A program made the translations under genes and the position numbers. Under the pieces are notes generated by a model. It was not told where the DNA came from. It searched no databases and saw nothing but the letters and a program-made list of their open reading frames with translations. 64,000 nucleotides of DNA from the IMG/VR virus record IMGVR_UViG_3300024999_000040, positions 84,717-148,716 of that record; one strand, 5' to 3'. Positions 10,688 through 23,024 of this stretch are shown here, piece by piece. Numbering within the stretch: the first letter of the stretch is position 1; each line of letters starts with the position of its first letter. The DNA comes from a virus.

Positions 10688-11271
10688 TTTCTTTCTATTA
10701 CTATATCAAAGTCAAATTCAGATAAATATCTTCTTGATGATAGATAGTCACCAATATGGGTTATACTTTGTAATTTATTTTTTGGTTTTGGAAGCAATTG
10801 ATTCTTCTTATACTTATCCTTATAATCATAAGCCCAAGAACCCATATGACTACTGATACAACCCTTTATTTGTTCAAGTATATCTGAATCAATTAAAATA
10901 TTTAATTCAGCATCATTAGTCAGAAAATCAGCCATTATAGTAGGATGTAATAAGACTGTTCCAGTACCGTTCTCTCCACACTTCATACCATCATGTAACA
11001 ACAAAGAAGCAATTACTATATCCTTTTCTGTATCAGTATACTTCATCATTTCCAGACTAAGCAAATCTACTGCAATTCTTACAGCTACTTTAGTATGTCT
11101 TATCAAACCACCTTCACCTAGACTGAATTTCGGATGATAACGTCCTGATGAACTTGCAGGAATTTCAAAGAAGTAATCTGGAAGTTTATTAAGTGTTGAT
11201 TCTGCAAAATTTCTTATCTTCTCGTCTTTTATGTATCCAAGTTCTGTTTCAAATATTTCTAGTCTATTCAA
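10684..11271 (-). CDS. HD-domain phosphohydrolase (YhaM-like)
   Basis: PASSSGRYH...GGLIRHT...LLHDGMK...SHMG...DYLSSR. Confidence 0.8.
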   Translation of the reverse strand: MNRLEIFETELGYIKDEKIRNFAESTLNKLPDYFFEIPASSSGRYHPKFSLGEGGLIRHTKVAVRIAVDLLSLEMMKYTDTEKDIVIASLLLHDGMKCGENGTGTVLLHPTIMADFLTNDAELNILIDSDILEQIKGCISSHMGSWAYDYKDKYKKNQLLPKPKNKLQSITHIGDYLSSRRYLSEFDFDIVIERK

Positions 11272-11310
11272 GTTTAACCTCCTTTCATAAAACCCAATAA
11301 ATTGTCTCTT

Positions 11311-11604
11311 CTATTGGCTAATTAATTTTCTTGGTTCTGCTAACTTATCCATATTAATATCAGGTACAAATGTCAAAGCTTCCGCAACAGCATATGAACC
11401 ATCTGGATTCTTTTGCTGTGTAGTTACCTGAACTATGCAACCATTGGGTAAATTACATACCTTAGTTGATTTCATCCAACCCTGTTCCTGACTTGAAGCT
11501 TTACACAATAACGCAAATGTATCTCCATCTCCATATACCTTCAAATCAGATATATTTGCTTTTGCTCCCTTTACTTCTGATATGTCTAACATTTTTTCTT
11601 GCAT
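11311..11604 (-). CDS. Hypothetical phage protein
   Basis: Clean ORF with RBS; GWMKSTK...GCIVQVTTQQ...AEALTFVP. Confidence 0.6.
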   Translation of the reverse strand: MQEKMLDISEVKGAKANISDLKVYGDGDTFALLCKASSQEQGWMKSTKVCNLPNGCIVQVTTQQKNPDGSYAVAEALTFVPDINMDKLAEPRKLISQ

Positions 11605-11621
11605 TGTTTTTCATTCTCCTT

Positions 11622-12038
11622 TCATAATAACCAATTAATTTCTTCCGACAATCTTACATCTGATTCTGGATTAATAATCTCATGAAGAATTATTGTTAAG
11701 ATTCCATCTGCTATTTTATAAGTTACCTTATTGTAAATGGTATAATCTACTGGCAAGTTTATATTTATTTTGTTTTCAAAACCAGTAAGTTCATCAACAT
11801 ATTTACCTTCCACAGTAACAAAAAGTGTCTTGGTCTTATTAATGAAATTTTTCTTAACAATAATATGATTTCCGTTCAAACCAATCAATTCATACTGAAG
11901 TATTTTCTTGTTATCTTTTTCAATTGTCTGAATTGGTCTATCTTTACTATTATCAATAGTGATATCATATGGATTAAAATTATAAGTTGCATAACTTATG
12001 CCATGAGTATGACTGCCATCATAAAGTGTATTATCCAC
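11622..12038 (-). CDS. Hsp20/alpha-crystallin-like small heat shock protein
   Basis: Beta-rich domain ending INLPV...YKIADGILTIIL, resembling the sHSP 'xxxGvL.I' motif. Confidence 0.55.
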   Translation of the reverse strand: MDNTLYDGSHTHGISYATYNFNPYDITIDNSKDRPIQTIEKDNKKILQYELIGLNGNHIIVKKNFINKTKTLFVTVEGKYVDELTGFENKININLPVDYTIYNKVTYKIADGILTIILHEIINPESDVRLSEEINWLL

Positions 12039-12421
12039 TACTCTTCATCCTCCATATCCTTTTCGTCTTCGTATAAATCTTCATCCTCGTCAGATTCAAT
12101 TTCATTACCGCTATCAAGAACTTTTAAAGTACCTTCCTTAATACTCAATACAGACCATATTTCTTCATAATCCATTCCAGTAGGTACTATCTGCAATTTA
12201 GTCTTTTCCTTTTTGCCTTTGACCTTCAGTATCAAACCTTCTTTGATCTCAGAGTTCTCAGTAATAAAGGAAATCTTATCACCTTCCTGAACCTTTATTG
12301 TATTACCATCAAACTCAACCTCAAATACATTCCATGCTTCTTTTGGGTCTACCTTTAGTGTCTTTTCTTTTCCATCAATGTTCATATCAATCAACTTGTA
12401 TGAATTCGTAACATTAATCAT
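12038..12421 (-). CDS. Hypothetical protein with acidic tail
   Basis: ORF track; coupled to the downstream gene. Confidence 0.6.
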   Translation of the reverse strand: MINVTNSYKLIDMNIDGKEKTLKVDPKEAWNVFEVEFDGNTIKVQEGDKISFITENSEIKEGLILKVKGKKEKTKLQIVPTGMDYEEIWSVLSIKEGTLKVLDSGNEIESDEDEDLYEDEKDMEDEE

Positions 12422-12798
12422 TATGTATTAATCTCTTTCTGTGGATTCACCACTACTTATTTATTTTTATATTTGATATTGATTTACTAAGTGATTCTGA
12501 AATATTATTTTTCTCGTTCAATATTAAAATCATAGCTTCTTCTTTTGAAAAACCTACTGAAATATACGCATCATACTGATTTCTTTTTGCTATTGCCACA
12601 GTCTCAAAATAATCCGTATTATTAGCAAAGTCTTTATAAACTACAAGCAATTCATTAGCAATTGAATATGCCAATGGTTTATACTTGCTTATAAGTTCAG
12701 AAATCATTTCCTTTGCCAAATCAGGATCTTCCATTAACATTACTAAAATATCATTCATATTTTTTCTCCTTTCCTTTATTATATTTACTCACTTAAAC

Positions 12799-12960
12799 CT
12801 ACGCCCTATATCCGCAATGATTAATAAGATAATCCATTGCCGAACATGCTGTCAGACCTTTCAAACCTACTTCTTTCTTTAATATTATTCTCTTACCTGA
12901 AATTTCTCCACCGCTGGACGTAACTAAAGATACTGCCTGTGATTCTGTGAATTTCTTCAT
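12799..12960 (-). CDS. Small hypothetical protein (53 aa), not in the ORF track
   Basis: AGGAAGG RBS; MKKFTESQAVSLVTSSGGEISGKRIILKKEVGLKGLTACSAMDYLINHCGYRA*. Confidence 0.65.
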   Translation of the reverse strand: MKKFTESQAVSLVTSSGGEISGKRIILKKEVGLKGLTACSAMDYLINHCGYRA

Positions 12961-13292
12961 GTGATTTTTACCTTCCTTTTCTACGTATTATTTTATTTTT
13001 GTTTACTGATTGACTGAAATAACCCTTACACTACCACCAAAATATTTATTACAGATATTGATATAATTTACTGGATAGTGAGCAAACAAGTAATCACCCA
13101 CTGAACTCCATGTTTCACTTACCCTACCTTGTAAAATTTTTACTTTTGCTTCTTCCATGAAAAAACTAGCCTTTTGTGAATCTGAATACTTTTCCTTGTG
13201 CTCCGATTTATGTTCTGCCATTATGTATTTTCCTACCTTTCATATTATTATATTTACTTAATTTAAAAATTGAGCGTATTCGCCTTAATTAT

Positions 13293-13322
13293 ATTATAAC
13301 ATGAATCCTTTATATGTGTCAA
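13293..13322 (-). promoter_or_regulatory. sigmaA-type promoter with extended -10
   Basis: TTGACA-18-TATAAT with TGn. Confidence 0.7.
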
Positions 13323-13738
13323 GCATATTACTATATTTATTTAATTGAAATTCCATTTTTCTCTAGTATTATTTCAAGAAGAAGAATATAATCATTTTTT
13401 TCTGCTATAATATCATCTTTGCCTATATTGAGTTCTTTTTCTACTTCTAATTCTCTTTCCATTCTTATAAATTCGTAATTTAGATTTGTAAGCAAATTAC
13501 AAATATCATCTGAATCAATACGTTCTTTATGTCTTGTTGTATTAACTATTTCCACTGTTGTTACCCTCCATTAACTTTTTATAGAATCCTACCTTGCCTG
13601 TATCTTGATCAACACAACGTATATAGTTATCTATATCGTTTTTATTTTGCATGTATTCTTCTTTAATTATTTCTTGCCATTTTTCAGGATTACCGAATTG
13701 ATCTCTACCAGTTAATATTTTCATATACACCTCCCTCA

Positions 13739-14194
13739 TCACTTTATTATTTTCTTAGACAAACATTTACTACCATATCTATTGCCTATTATATAGCCAT
13801 ATTTTTTAAGCCCATATTCATAAACATTTCTTCTTCGATTATCTGTCCAATGAATAATAATTACATCATCATTTCTACAAAATTCAGAATCTTCAAAATC
13901 AAGTAGTTGTCTTTTAGCCCATAATAAACCTTCTAATCCACACCTTCCTACTTCTTTATCTGACAAGATATCTCTTTGCCCATCAATTAATTGTTTTATA
14001 TGTTTTTTCTTATTGGCTATGGCTACAAATACTGAATATTCATCATTACTTTTACACTCATATCTGAATAGATAAATAGCTATTGTTTGACCATTGGAAA
14101 GTTTTTCAGTTTTAAAATAGCCATGTGATTTATTATCACCATCAAATTTAATTCTTTCAAAATCTTTAATGTTTATCACCTCACTTTTGGACAA
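13739..14194 (-). CDS. Hypothetical protein
   Basis: ORF track; true start probably slightly downstream, after a GAGGTG RBS. Confidence 0.6.
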   Translation of the reverse strand: MSKSEVINIKDFERIKFDGDNKSHGYFKTEKLSNGQTIAIYLFRYECKSNDEYSVFVAIANKKKHIKQLIDGQRDILSDKEVGRCGLEGLLWAKRQLLDFEDSEFCRNDDVIIIHWTDNRRRNVYEYGLKKYGYIIGNRYGSKCLSKKIIK

Positions 14195-14216
14195 TGAAAA
14201 TGAAATTTTATTGGGT

Positions 14217-14264
14217 ATACTATATATTGTGTTTTAATCTTATTTTGTATATTATATATAGCAT
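14217..14264. promoter_or_regulatory. Tandem NrdR-box-like operators
   Basis: ATACTATATATTGTGT (14217) and ATATTATATATAGCAT (14249), 32 bp apart; NrdR consensus acaCwAtATaTwGtgt. Confidence 0.5.
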
Positions 14265-14726
14265 GGTCTTATTGCTAATCATTTAATAATTTGAATAATT
14301 CACCATTACATTTTTCAATTTTACAATTTGTGAGTTCAATAACAATTTCCCACAAAGCACCATGATAATCTGAACTGTCATTAAAATATAAGGCATTTGA
14401 AGCTATTCTCAATATTTCTTTATCTCTGCCAGTTAAGTCATTAATAATTGTTTTCAATTTATTCATGACATACCCATACCTTTCATTGCCAACTCATTAA
14501 TCTTATTTTCAATTGCTTTTTTAATTTCATTACGACAAATCCAACAAGTATCTTCATAATCAAATTTTGCAGTACATTCAAACACTCCTAAATATATATT
14601 TAAATCTAATGGAAATTTATTTTCGTTACATGGTTGATTTTCTCTAAATTCATTTCCACATATATCACATTTCCAAGCATCGATTTTACTCATGACTTTC
14701 CTTTCCTGTTTTATTATATTTATTAA

Positions 14727-15299
14727 TTAACTTTTACCAGCAAATTCACCATAATATTGTTGTCTATACATTTCTGCATCTTTTCCTGCCTCATGTACAT
14801 CTGTATAATATTTACCAACTCTAAATCTGTGATTCTTGATACAAAGCATTATTATGTATTTTCCAGAGTCTTTATCTTGTAACACATTTCTATAATCTGA
14901 CTTATTATTTCTATTTTTACTTTTTCGATTTTTACTATTTTGATTGTTATATATTACACGAAGATTATCTTTACAATTGTTTAAAGTGTTATTATCTTTG
15001 TGGTCAACATGGATGTCGATTCTACCATGACTAGTATTTAAAATAAAATTATGTAGTCTTTCGAGATGCATTTTTCGTTTTTCATTTTCATCTCTTGTGT
15101 AATAAGTAGCACTTGCATAAATAGGGTCAACATCTGGCTTTCCATCAATATGCCACCTATAATCTAAGTCTATAAGCCTTTGTAAATCTTCTGTGTCAAT
15201 AATTACAGTAAATTTACGTCCATTTCTTTGTACAATATAAATCTCAGTAATATTTCCAATTACTTTGTAATCATTAAATCCAAGTCTCTTTAAGTTTAT
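14727..15299 (-). CDS. HNH endonuclease, probably starting at a non-canonical ATA codon
   Basis: HVDHKDNNTLNNCKDNLR; the frame stays open 76 codons upstream of the ATG, to an ATA preceded by GGAGAGG. Confidence 0.75.
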   Translation of the reverse strand: MNLKRLGFNDYKVIGNITEIYIVQRNGRKFTVIIDTEDLQRLIDLDYRWHIDGKPDVDPIYASATYYTRDENEKRKMHLERLHNFILNTSHGRIDIHVDHKDNNTLNNCKDNLRVIYNNQNSKNRKSKNRNNKSDYRNVLQDKDSGKYIIMLCIKNHRFRVGKYYTDVHEAGKDAEMYRQQYYGEFAGKS

Positions 15300-15329
15300 A
15301 TGTATCCTCTCCTTATTATATAACTTTAA

Positions 15330-15740
15330 TTACTTCAACATTTCCTCAATTGAACCAATTTCTAATTCGACCTGCTTTTCGTTTGAAAGTAAATTTTGCA
15401 GCTTAATTTCTAAAGCCTGTAGTTTATTTTCTTCTTCTCTCTGTATTACCATTGCTAACTTATTATTAATATCAGTAACCCATTCTTCAAGTTTATAACC
15501 TGAAAGAATATACTCATCAAGCAATCCTAAATCAATAGCAGACAAACGATAAGCATTTAACTTAATTAATATTGAAATCAATTCATCCTTTGATAATACC
15601 TGTAAATTCTTTCTTACTCCATCAACCTCAATTGAACAATTGGTAATAGGACTAAATTTCTTCGCTTTCTTTAACTTCTCTTTCTTTTCCTTAATCTGAG
15701 CCTTTAACTCCATAATCTTTTCATCATTTACATTTTTCAT
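15330..15740 (-). CDS. Coiled-coil hypothetical protein
   Basis: ORF track; overlaps the upstream gene end. Confidence 0.6.
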   Translation of the reverse strand: MKNVNDEKIMELKAQIKEKKEKLKKAKKFSPITNCSIEVDGVRKNLQVLSKDELISILIKLNAYRLSAIDLGLLDEYILSGYKLEEWVTDINNKLAMVIQREEENKLQALEIKLQNLLSNEKQVELEIGSIEEMLK

Positions 15741-16788
15741 CTTTAACTCTTCTCCATTCTTTTATTATTTCTCCGTTTGATTTATAGGTGGCTAAATAAC
15801 AAGGTTTATATTTTTCATAAACTCTTTCAATCGCCATTTCTCTATCTAATGTATCGCCTGACCTATTTCTATCACTATTACTTACATCATACTTAGGGAT
15901 AGTGTTTCTACTACCATACCAATATTCTCTATATTTAGATATAAAGAATTTATCTCCATTTTCATTGTAAAAATGTCCATTATAATAACATTCTTCTGCA
16001 TGTTTTTTAAACTTATCTAAAGTATAATCAATATATTTATCTTTCTTTTGATCTCTTTGTGAAATATACTTTTTTGCATTCAATTTATCCATTAATTCTG
16101 CATAATTCTCTACGCAATTTTTGTCAACAGCATCAATAATTTGACCACTTAAAGACTTATATGAACTAAAGTAATCATCTTCATAATCAGAAGTTTCATG
16201 AAAAAAATATTCATTTACTTCTTTATCTTCACCATTTGATTTTTGAAATTTACCCATATAAATTTTATTGGTATTATTTTTAAATTTATATGTTCCACCA
16301 AGAATCATGTCCTTGCCTTGAAAACTTGTTTTTTGGTGAAGTTTTTCATTAAACTCAGAAAGCTCCTTATAATCTGGTGATTCTGTTGGAATTAAAATTA
16401 AATCTTTCCCGTCCCAACCATAGACGAAATCCCCTTCTAATCCTTTACCCTTAGTAGATGTAGCGTTTTCTAAAATAAACAGAAGATTAGGGATGGTAAT
16501 TTCAAATTCAAAATCTCTAGGGTCATATACTCTACAATATGTCTGCCTATGATTCCATCCTGTATTATACCCACCAACCTTCTTATTAAGAACAAAACCT
16601 GATGTTGGAACATTCTCAAGTATTTGATTAGGTATCTTTTCATCTCTCCAGCCCTGCCAGGACGTTTCTTTTCTTAAAATACCTTTCTGATCAAAATATA
16701 TGATGTAAGCCAATTTCTTTGTATATGTATCATTTCTATTTTGAAAACCTACATTAATTTTTTCTGGTATAAAAATATTTGTTTTCAC
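15724..16788 (-). CDS. Hypothetical phage protein
   Basis: 354-aa ORF with RBS; KLAYIIY...RKETSW...RVYDPRDFEFEIT. Confidence 0.65.
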   Translation of the reverse strand: MKTNIFIPEKINVGFQNRNDTYTKKLAYIIYFDQKGILRKETSWQGWRDEKIPNQILENVPTSGFVLNKKVGGYNTGWNHRQTYCRVYDPRDFEFEITIPNLLFILENATSTKGKGLEGDFVYGWDGKDLILIPTESPDYKELSEFNEKLHQKTSFQGKDMILGGTYKFKNNTNKIYMGKFQKSNGEDKEVNEYFFHETSDYEDDYFSSYKSLSGQIIDAVDKNCVENYAELMDKLNAKKYISQRDQKKDKYIDYTLDKFKKHAEECYYNGHFYNENGDKFFISKYREYWYGSRNTIPKYDVSNSDRNRSGDTLDREMAIERVYEKYKPCYLATYKSNGEIIKEWRRVKDEKCK

Positions 16789-18242
16789 TACTTATACTCC
16801 TTTCATTAAACATATATATCCAACAACAATCTTTCAAAATACTCTTTAACTCCACCATTAGTTGTTACAGAACTTTTAATAACATCCATCAATTCTTCAC
16901 CAGTGAATTTTCTATCTTTATATTGATTTAGTGTCTTATAAAGAAAATACATTCCCTGTGCTACACCTAATGAATAATATTGATGTTCCGTAGATTTTTC
17001 AAAAATTTCATGATGTATTTTTTCTGATTCATACTTTTCATAACCCATTCTTATTAAAGTTTTTCTATCCATAACTCTCCTTTCATTAATCCAATAAAAC
17101 TGTCACTTCATTGTAAAAATAAATACTTAAGTTTACTTTCTATTATTTTTATTAAGTTATTATCTTTGGGAATAGTACAATTATAAACTTCAGCACTACT
17201 ATTTTCAAACCAGTTAATTCCTATAAATCTTCTACTGTCTATACACTTATATACTAATTTTTTATTATGAGTCCACATCTTAATAGATCCATCTTCATTT
17301 TTATGAAAGCATATTTTCCAATTACAAAAGAAAGCAGCAACTTCATAATATGAAAAACTAATAAATTCTTGGTATGTAGTGAAAACTTCTTTTGGAACAT
17401 TAATTAAAATATCCATTATTGTTTTATTCCTTTCAGACGATAAAATTGTAATATCATGGGGTTGATTTACTATTATTTTTCATAAAGAATTCTTTTGGTG
17501 TCATTTTTGTAGCAGTAAAATTAATTATGTTTGGATTTTTTAATAATCTTATTGCTTCTTCTAATGTAACATCTTTACCTTCCATAGTAGTAATCAAGGT
17601 AGATGATTCAGCAATTTGAAATTTGATCTTTTTGAACATTTATGTATTCCTTTCTTATTTAACTTCTTCTATATATTCTCCGTCAACTTCTTCTTTACAT
17701 GAAGGGCAATAAAAGTAACCATCATCTTTATAGCTCATTTTCACCAAGTCTTCTCTATCATCGTAGTTAAAACTAGTTTGGCAATCCCATTCTTCAGCAG
17801 TATGTATTTCTTTGCATTCTGGACATTTAAAATTACTCATTATTATATTCCTTTCACTTAGATACAATTTTTACCTTATATCCTAACATATGTTCAATTT
17901 CTTCAATACTTAATTCTTGTGGTGTATCATCTATATCTTCTACATACTCTTGAACTAATTTAAACCACTTTGAATTTTCTCTTACACTAGCATGAAAAAT
18001 AATTGCATCTCCTGTCAATCCACAGTTACCTTTTCCTGAATAACAACCACCATTTTTAGTCCAACATAATTTTAAACATCCTTCAGCTAAACTACCATGT
18101 ATATCATCTTCTTTATCCCAATAAAATATTGCTCCTGCATCTATTCCAGGAATATCTTGTAACAATTCATAAAAATTATAACTTCCGTCTAATGCTTTTA
18201 CTCCCATATTGTTTTCCTTTCCCAATGCAATCATAGTTTTAA

Positions 18243-18833
18243 TCACTCTTTGAAAGTTATCACATTATCATCTTTAGTATTAATAATATAAAATGGTGGT
18301 GATACTCCCCTATTAAACTTACTTGATGATTGAAGTGCTTTATGTATTCTTTCTACTGGAGCTAATACAGTACCCTCTGTAGAAAATAATGAACCTAATG
18401 CAACCGATACTCCACAACCTATTGCTTGATAATCTAAATCAACCGATAAGACAGCATAATTTGATTCAATCAAATACAATTTATTTTTATAAGCAAACAT
18501 GAAATAACTTTCAATCTCATTTACACCTTTGTCTAATATATTTGTATGTCCATTTGAAAATAATTGAGTTATATTAGGAATAAATTTTGTTACAAGATAC
18601 TTATGATCTATATTGGGTTCATCTCTTTTATCAATTAAATTTTCTGCATATGTAAGTAAATTTAGATCTCTTACGCTGCCACTAAAACCCATAATTGCGT
18701 TGGATGTATCTATAGACTTAAATACTTTTCTTTGGAATAAAGTTTGCTCTAAATAACTTGTAGAAGCACAACTATCTCCACCCATATATACACAATCATT
18801 TTCTTTATCTAATAAACCTATTACACAAGTCAT
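18243..18833 (-). CDS. HslV/proteasome-beta-like Ntn protease
   Basis: N-terminal M-Thr nucleophile (MTCVIGL), GDS, RKVF, GFSGS, YQAIGCG. Confidence 0.75.
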   Translation of the reverse strand: MTCVIGLLDKENDCVYMGGDSCASTSYLEQTLFQRKVFKSIDTSNAIMGFSGSVRDLNLLTYAENLIDKRDEPNIDHKYLVTKFIPNITQLFSNGHTNILDKGVNEIESYFMFAYKNKLYLIESNYAVLSVDLDYQAIGCGVSVALGSLFSTEGTVLAPVERIHKALQSSSKFNRGVSPPFYIINTKDDNVITFKE

Positions 18834-21294
18834 ATTATATTACCTTTCTTATTTAATTTTCTCAATACTTTAAAAATTCTAATTGCCTTATTCTCATCCT
18901 TCTCTTCCATAGCCCAATCCATTAATTCTTCAATTAAATCAGGAATAAATTTTGTAAAAGTAAAAGTACACATATTGTCCATTCCAGTAGGCATAATCTC
19001 TCCTTTCAACCAATTAAAATCTTTGCTTTTATTATAAGTTACTCTTTATCTTTTTCAGTAATGGTATAAATATTACTGTCCTGACTTATAATTCTATATT
19101 TTTCATTAAACTCATTCATTTTAACTGTATTGCTTATGATTACTTGATATTGTGTATATGAAGTTCTACTAAAATAACTATAAAAACCTCCAAACGAAAG
19201 AAGTCCAAACAATATAGTAAAAAAGAATAACATTGCTCTAATATTATTATTATTATTATTATAATCTCCTCTAAAATCTTCAAAAACTAACCATAAAAGA
19301 AATAAAGTTGCAAGTCCTATTAATATACCTAAAATTAAATTTTCAATTCCTGATGTCCACTTAACTGTCTCATTTAAAACTTGAATACCTTTCATCATAA
19401 TATTATATATCCTTTCTTAAAATCCTTTGAAAGACTTATTTTAATTACTCATCATTCAAATATAATTCCGCTTCAGTTTTAGTTGAATAAAGTTTTTGTG
19501 CTGGAAGACATCTAGGATAACTCAAATTGTAACTTTCATGATATTCATTTATAAAAATATCATTTACAATACTTCTATGTATCTTCTTTACTTGTTTATT
19601 TGGTAATCTACTATTACAGCAAGAACAAGTCTCGCCGTATTCTGTTTCTTCTTCAATAAACCAAACGGTATCACCGATATTAAATTTTGTTTTATAACCT
19701 TCACTCATTTTTATATTTCCTCCATTAACTTAATCAACTCTGGATGCCACTTATCAATAAATCTAGTAAATTTTGATTGTTTTATATACTCACCATAGCT
19801 TTTAGATTTAGAAACAATATTAGACCCGTAGAATCCATATGCTATTCCTGTTCGTATGTAACTATCATTTTTATTAGAACTTATCATAATCCAAATTAGT
19901 TTATCCATTTTGTAAGCTGGTTCAATTCCAATATAAAATGATATACCATCTTTTGATTCATTGATTTGAAAATCACATCCATCAAACTCTGAAAAATATA
20001 ATGGTATTACATCTTCACAGATTTTCTTTAATAGTTCATTAATTTTCTCGTTTTCACTCCATTGATTATTAAGCAAACATTTATCAGGATTACCCAAACC
20101 TATACTAGTAGCCATACCCAATCTATGTCTCATAGTTTAATCTCACCTCACTTTAAAATAACTGTTTCATTGGATTTATTCTTCATCTTCCAATAAGTCT
20201 AAATTATAATCAAATTTATAAGGTTCTCCTGCTACTACCTTAATCGTTAACTTTCTATTTTCTAGAGATAGAATAATTATTCCATCGTTGAATACCGCAG
20301 AAATTTCATCACCTTCTTCAAGTTTTTGGTCTTCTCCGTATTCTTTTTCAAATTCATCCATTATCATTCCAATTGCTTTATTAACAGTTTCCATCATTTA
20401 ATTTCCTCCTTATATGCCTTTGGTTCAATTCCAAAACCATGCCCTATTCCAATACCTTTCTTACCAACAAAGAACAAAATGCCTTGTTTTGCATCCCATA
20501 TCCCAAATTTCCTATTATCATCTACTTTAGAGCAATATATAAGTGCTATTCTCCAAATCCAAAGTATATGAAAATCTCCATGTGTTTTTGTGAATATTAA
20601 TGGTCTTTTCATATTTTTACCTCAAGTTAATCTTAATAATATCTAACAAAACAAATCCCACAAATATACATCCTGTTCCTAAAAAGAATGGTATTACTTT
20701 ATACAACAATGCTGAAACAAAATTCTTAGTGTTTTGAACAAAACTACCAATTATGTAATAAACTCCTGCTATTATCGAAATCCACGCACATAAAATTGTC
20801 ATATTTTATATCTCCTTTCTCTTATTTTACCCAATGAAATGAACGATTCATCGTCTTTCCTATTTAACCCTTTTTATTTCTCTTTTAACTCTTTCAACTT
20901 TCGGCAATTCCATAAACAATTCATTCGCCATCTCACCATAAACACTTAATATATCAGCTTGTTCTTTTGTTGATCTTCCTTGTAAATCTGCAAGAATAAG
21001 TTTTCTGATTCTGTTTTCATGAATTGATTTCATTTATGTATCCCCTTTATTTAAGTGATATTTTGTCTGCTACAAAATCAACAAAAGCAAACAGATTGAA
21101 TAATAAGACAGCTAGAATAGTAACTGGTAGAGAAATCAAAGCAAAAATCATCTGCTTCTTGGAAAGTCTTTTATTCAATATAAACCAATCATATGTAATC
21201 CAATCGTATTTCCACATCCACATCATTGCTGAAATCATAATCCAAATAACCAAAATCAAAGTTATAATACTCATACTATATCTCCTTTCCTTCA

Positions 21295-21990
21295 TTACTC
21301 CTCAACAAAAATTACATCTTGATACCCCAACTTACCAACCAATTCTCTTAAATTGTCTTTCAAGTTAACCAACGCTTCATTAAAAACTTCTTTATTGTTG
21401 GTTAACTTTTCTGTCACTATCTCTTGAGCAATGTCTATTATACCTTTTATGTCTTCAGGTACAAACTGCTTTGAAAGCCAAGACTTTTCTCCGTCAATCT
21501 TACTATTCTCAGTATCTAATTCTACATATTTAAGTTTAACTTCTGATTTAGGTATTGTAAGAATAACAGTTTCTTCAGAGAATCTTACAGATATTTTGTT
21601 CAAGTCCATGACTATGCCGAAATTATATGCAAGGCTTATATCTAGAGATTTATTTGCAAACCAATTTCCCTCTTTTATATAATCTGTGTATGTAACAATC
21701 CCTTCGCTGATAATTAATTGGTTTACTTTTTGTAGCTCATTTGTAATTATCTCTGGATTTTGTAACTGTTGTAATCGTATCTTTCTGAGTTTATCTTCTT
21801 GTGCTTTCAGTTTGTATGTGTTTACCGTATTTTCTAGGTCTTTGATTTGATTTTGTAGATCATTAGTATCTTGTGTAACCTGTTGCACTGGTGTAGGTTC
21901 TATTTGCTTGGATTGTTTATAATCTAAATAAGCGATTACAATAACTCCTATTGCAACTAGAACAAGTATGAATTTGAAAAACTTTACCAT
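21295..21990 (-). CDS. Membrane-anchored DUF4230-like protein
   Basis: N-terminal TM, coiled coil, FGIVMDLNKI...LTIPK...LGYQDVIF. Confidence 0.55.
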   Translation of the reverse strand: MVKFFKFILVLVAIGVIVIAYLDYKQSKQIEPTPVQQVTQDTNDLQNQIKDLENTVNTYKLKAQEDKLRKIRLQQLQNPEIITNELQKVNQLIISEGIVTYTDYIKEGNWFANKSLDISLAYNFGIVMDLNKISVRFSEETVILTIPKSEVKLKYVELDTENSKIDGEKSWLSKQFVPEDIKGIIDIAQEIVTEKLTNNKEVFNEALVNLKDNLRELVGKLGYQDVIFVEE

Positions 21991-22010
21991 AACTCACTTC
22001 CTTGTATATT

Positions 22011-22039
22011 ATTATACCAACTTAGTTAACGTTTGTCAA
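22011..22039 (-). promoter_or_regulatory. sigmaA promoter with TTAACTAA spacer motif
   Basis: TTGACA-aacgttaactaagttgg-TATAAT. Confidence 0.85.
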
Positions 22040-22484
22040 GACAGATATTTGAAATTATTTAATCTCTCAGTCAATTCTTCTGACCAAATAGAAAGTAATT
22101 CATAATCCTTACTATTTATTTCTATATATTCATATAAAGCTCTACTCAAATCTTTTATTCTTTGATATTCAAATATATCTTTAGGCATAACACCTAAAGG
22201 TGGTTTTGTATATTTATAATCATTAGAAAGAAATTCAAGATTTTCAAAATCAAACAATAAACCACCATTACTTTTATCAATTGTTTGTATTATTTCATCA
22301 TCAAAATCAATAACAAATCTACGTCCAATCTTATAATCATAATTTATTGTGCCTGTTTTATTAATATAATCCTCAAGATTCTTATAATCATTTTCAAACC
22401 CATTCATATTTAGTATTCTTATTTTCTTACCTATGCATTCTAATTCGTTATTCATAATGATCTCCTCTCATTTTACAATAAAAC

Positions 22485-23024
22485 TTATGATTTATCTTGT
22501 TTTCTTTTAATTCTCAGTTCTTTCAATTTCTCTTTCTTTACTTTTAGTAATTCATCAATCTTTTCTTGTAACTTTTCATTTTCTATTTCTAATGGATTCT
22601 TTTTCTTCTCAACAATACGTTCCTCATATCCGAACATTTCATTTGTAAAATTAATAGCAGAAGCATAAGACCTAGTTAAACTTAAAAATTTAATGTTATT
22701 TCTTATTTGTCTATGTAATCTAGTTATTTGTTTAGTTTCTGAATATGTAACCATTCTAGTTTCTCTTGCTTTTTTGGTTCTTTCTTCTTTTACTTTACGT
22801 TTTTCTTCTTCTCTTTTCCATCTTCTGTCTTCGGACTCTTCACAACGTCTTTGACCATCAACCATTCTATCATATATGTCATCCATATCATCATCTGGAT
22901 TCCAAGACATACCAACGCAAGGTGGTTCAATTGGTATACCTCCCGGAGATGAAGTCATACCACCAGTGCACATTTCACCTAATAATGGACATTGACTACA
23001 ATCTTCAAGTTCTTTATATAGCAT
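22485..23024 (-). CDS. Hypothetical protein, Cys-rich N-terminus and coiled coil
   Basis: CSQCPLLGEMC...EPPC. Confidence 0.6.
   Translation of the reverse strand: MLYKELEDCSQCPLLGEMCTGGMTSSPGGIPIEPPCVGMSWNPDDDMDDIYDRMVDGQRRCEESEDRRWKREEEKRKVKEERTKKARETRMVTYSETKQITRLHRQIRNNIKFLSLTRSYASAINFTNEMFGYEERIVEKKKNPLEIENEKLQEKIDELLKVKKEKLKELRIKRKQDKS

Noticed and set aside
19240-19262. AAT microsatellite encoding poly-Asn
   Set aside because: Short in-frame low-complexity run, expected in AT-rich DNA
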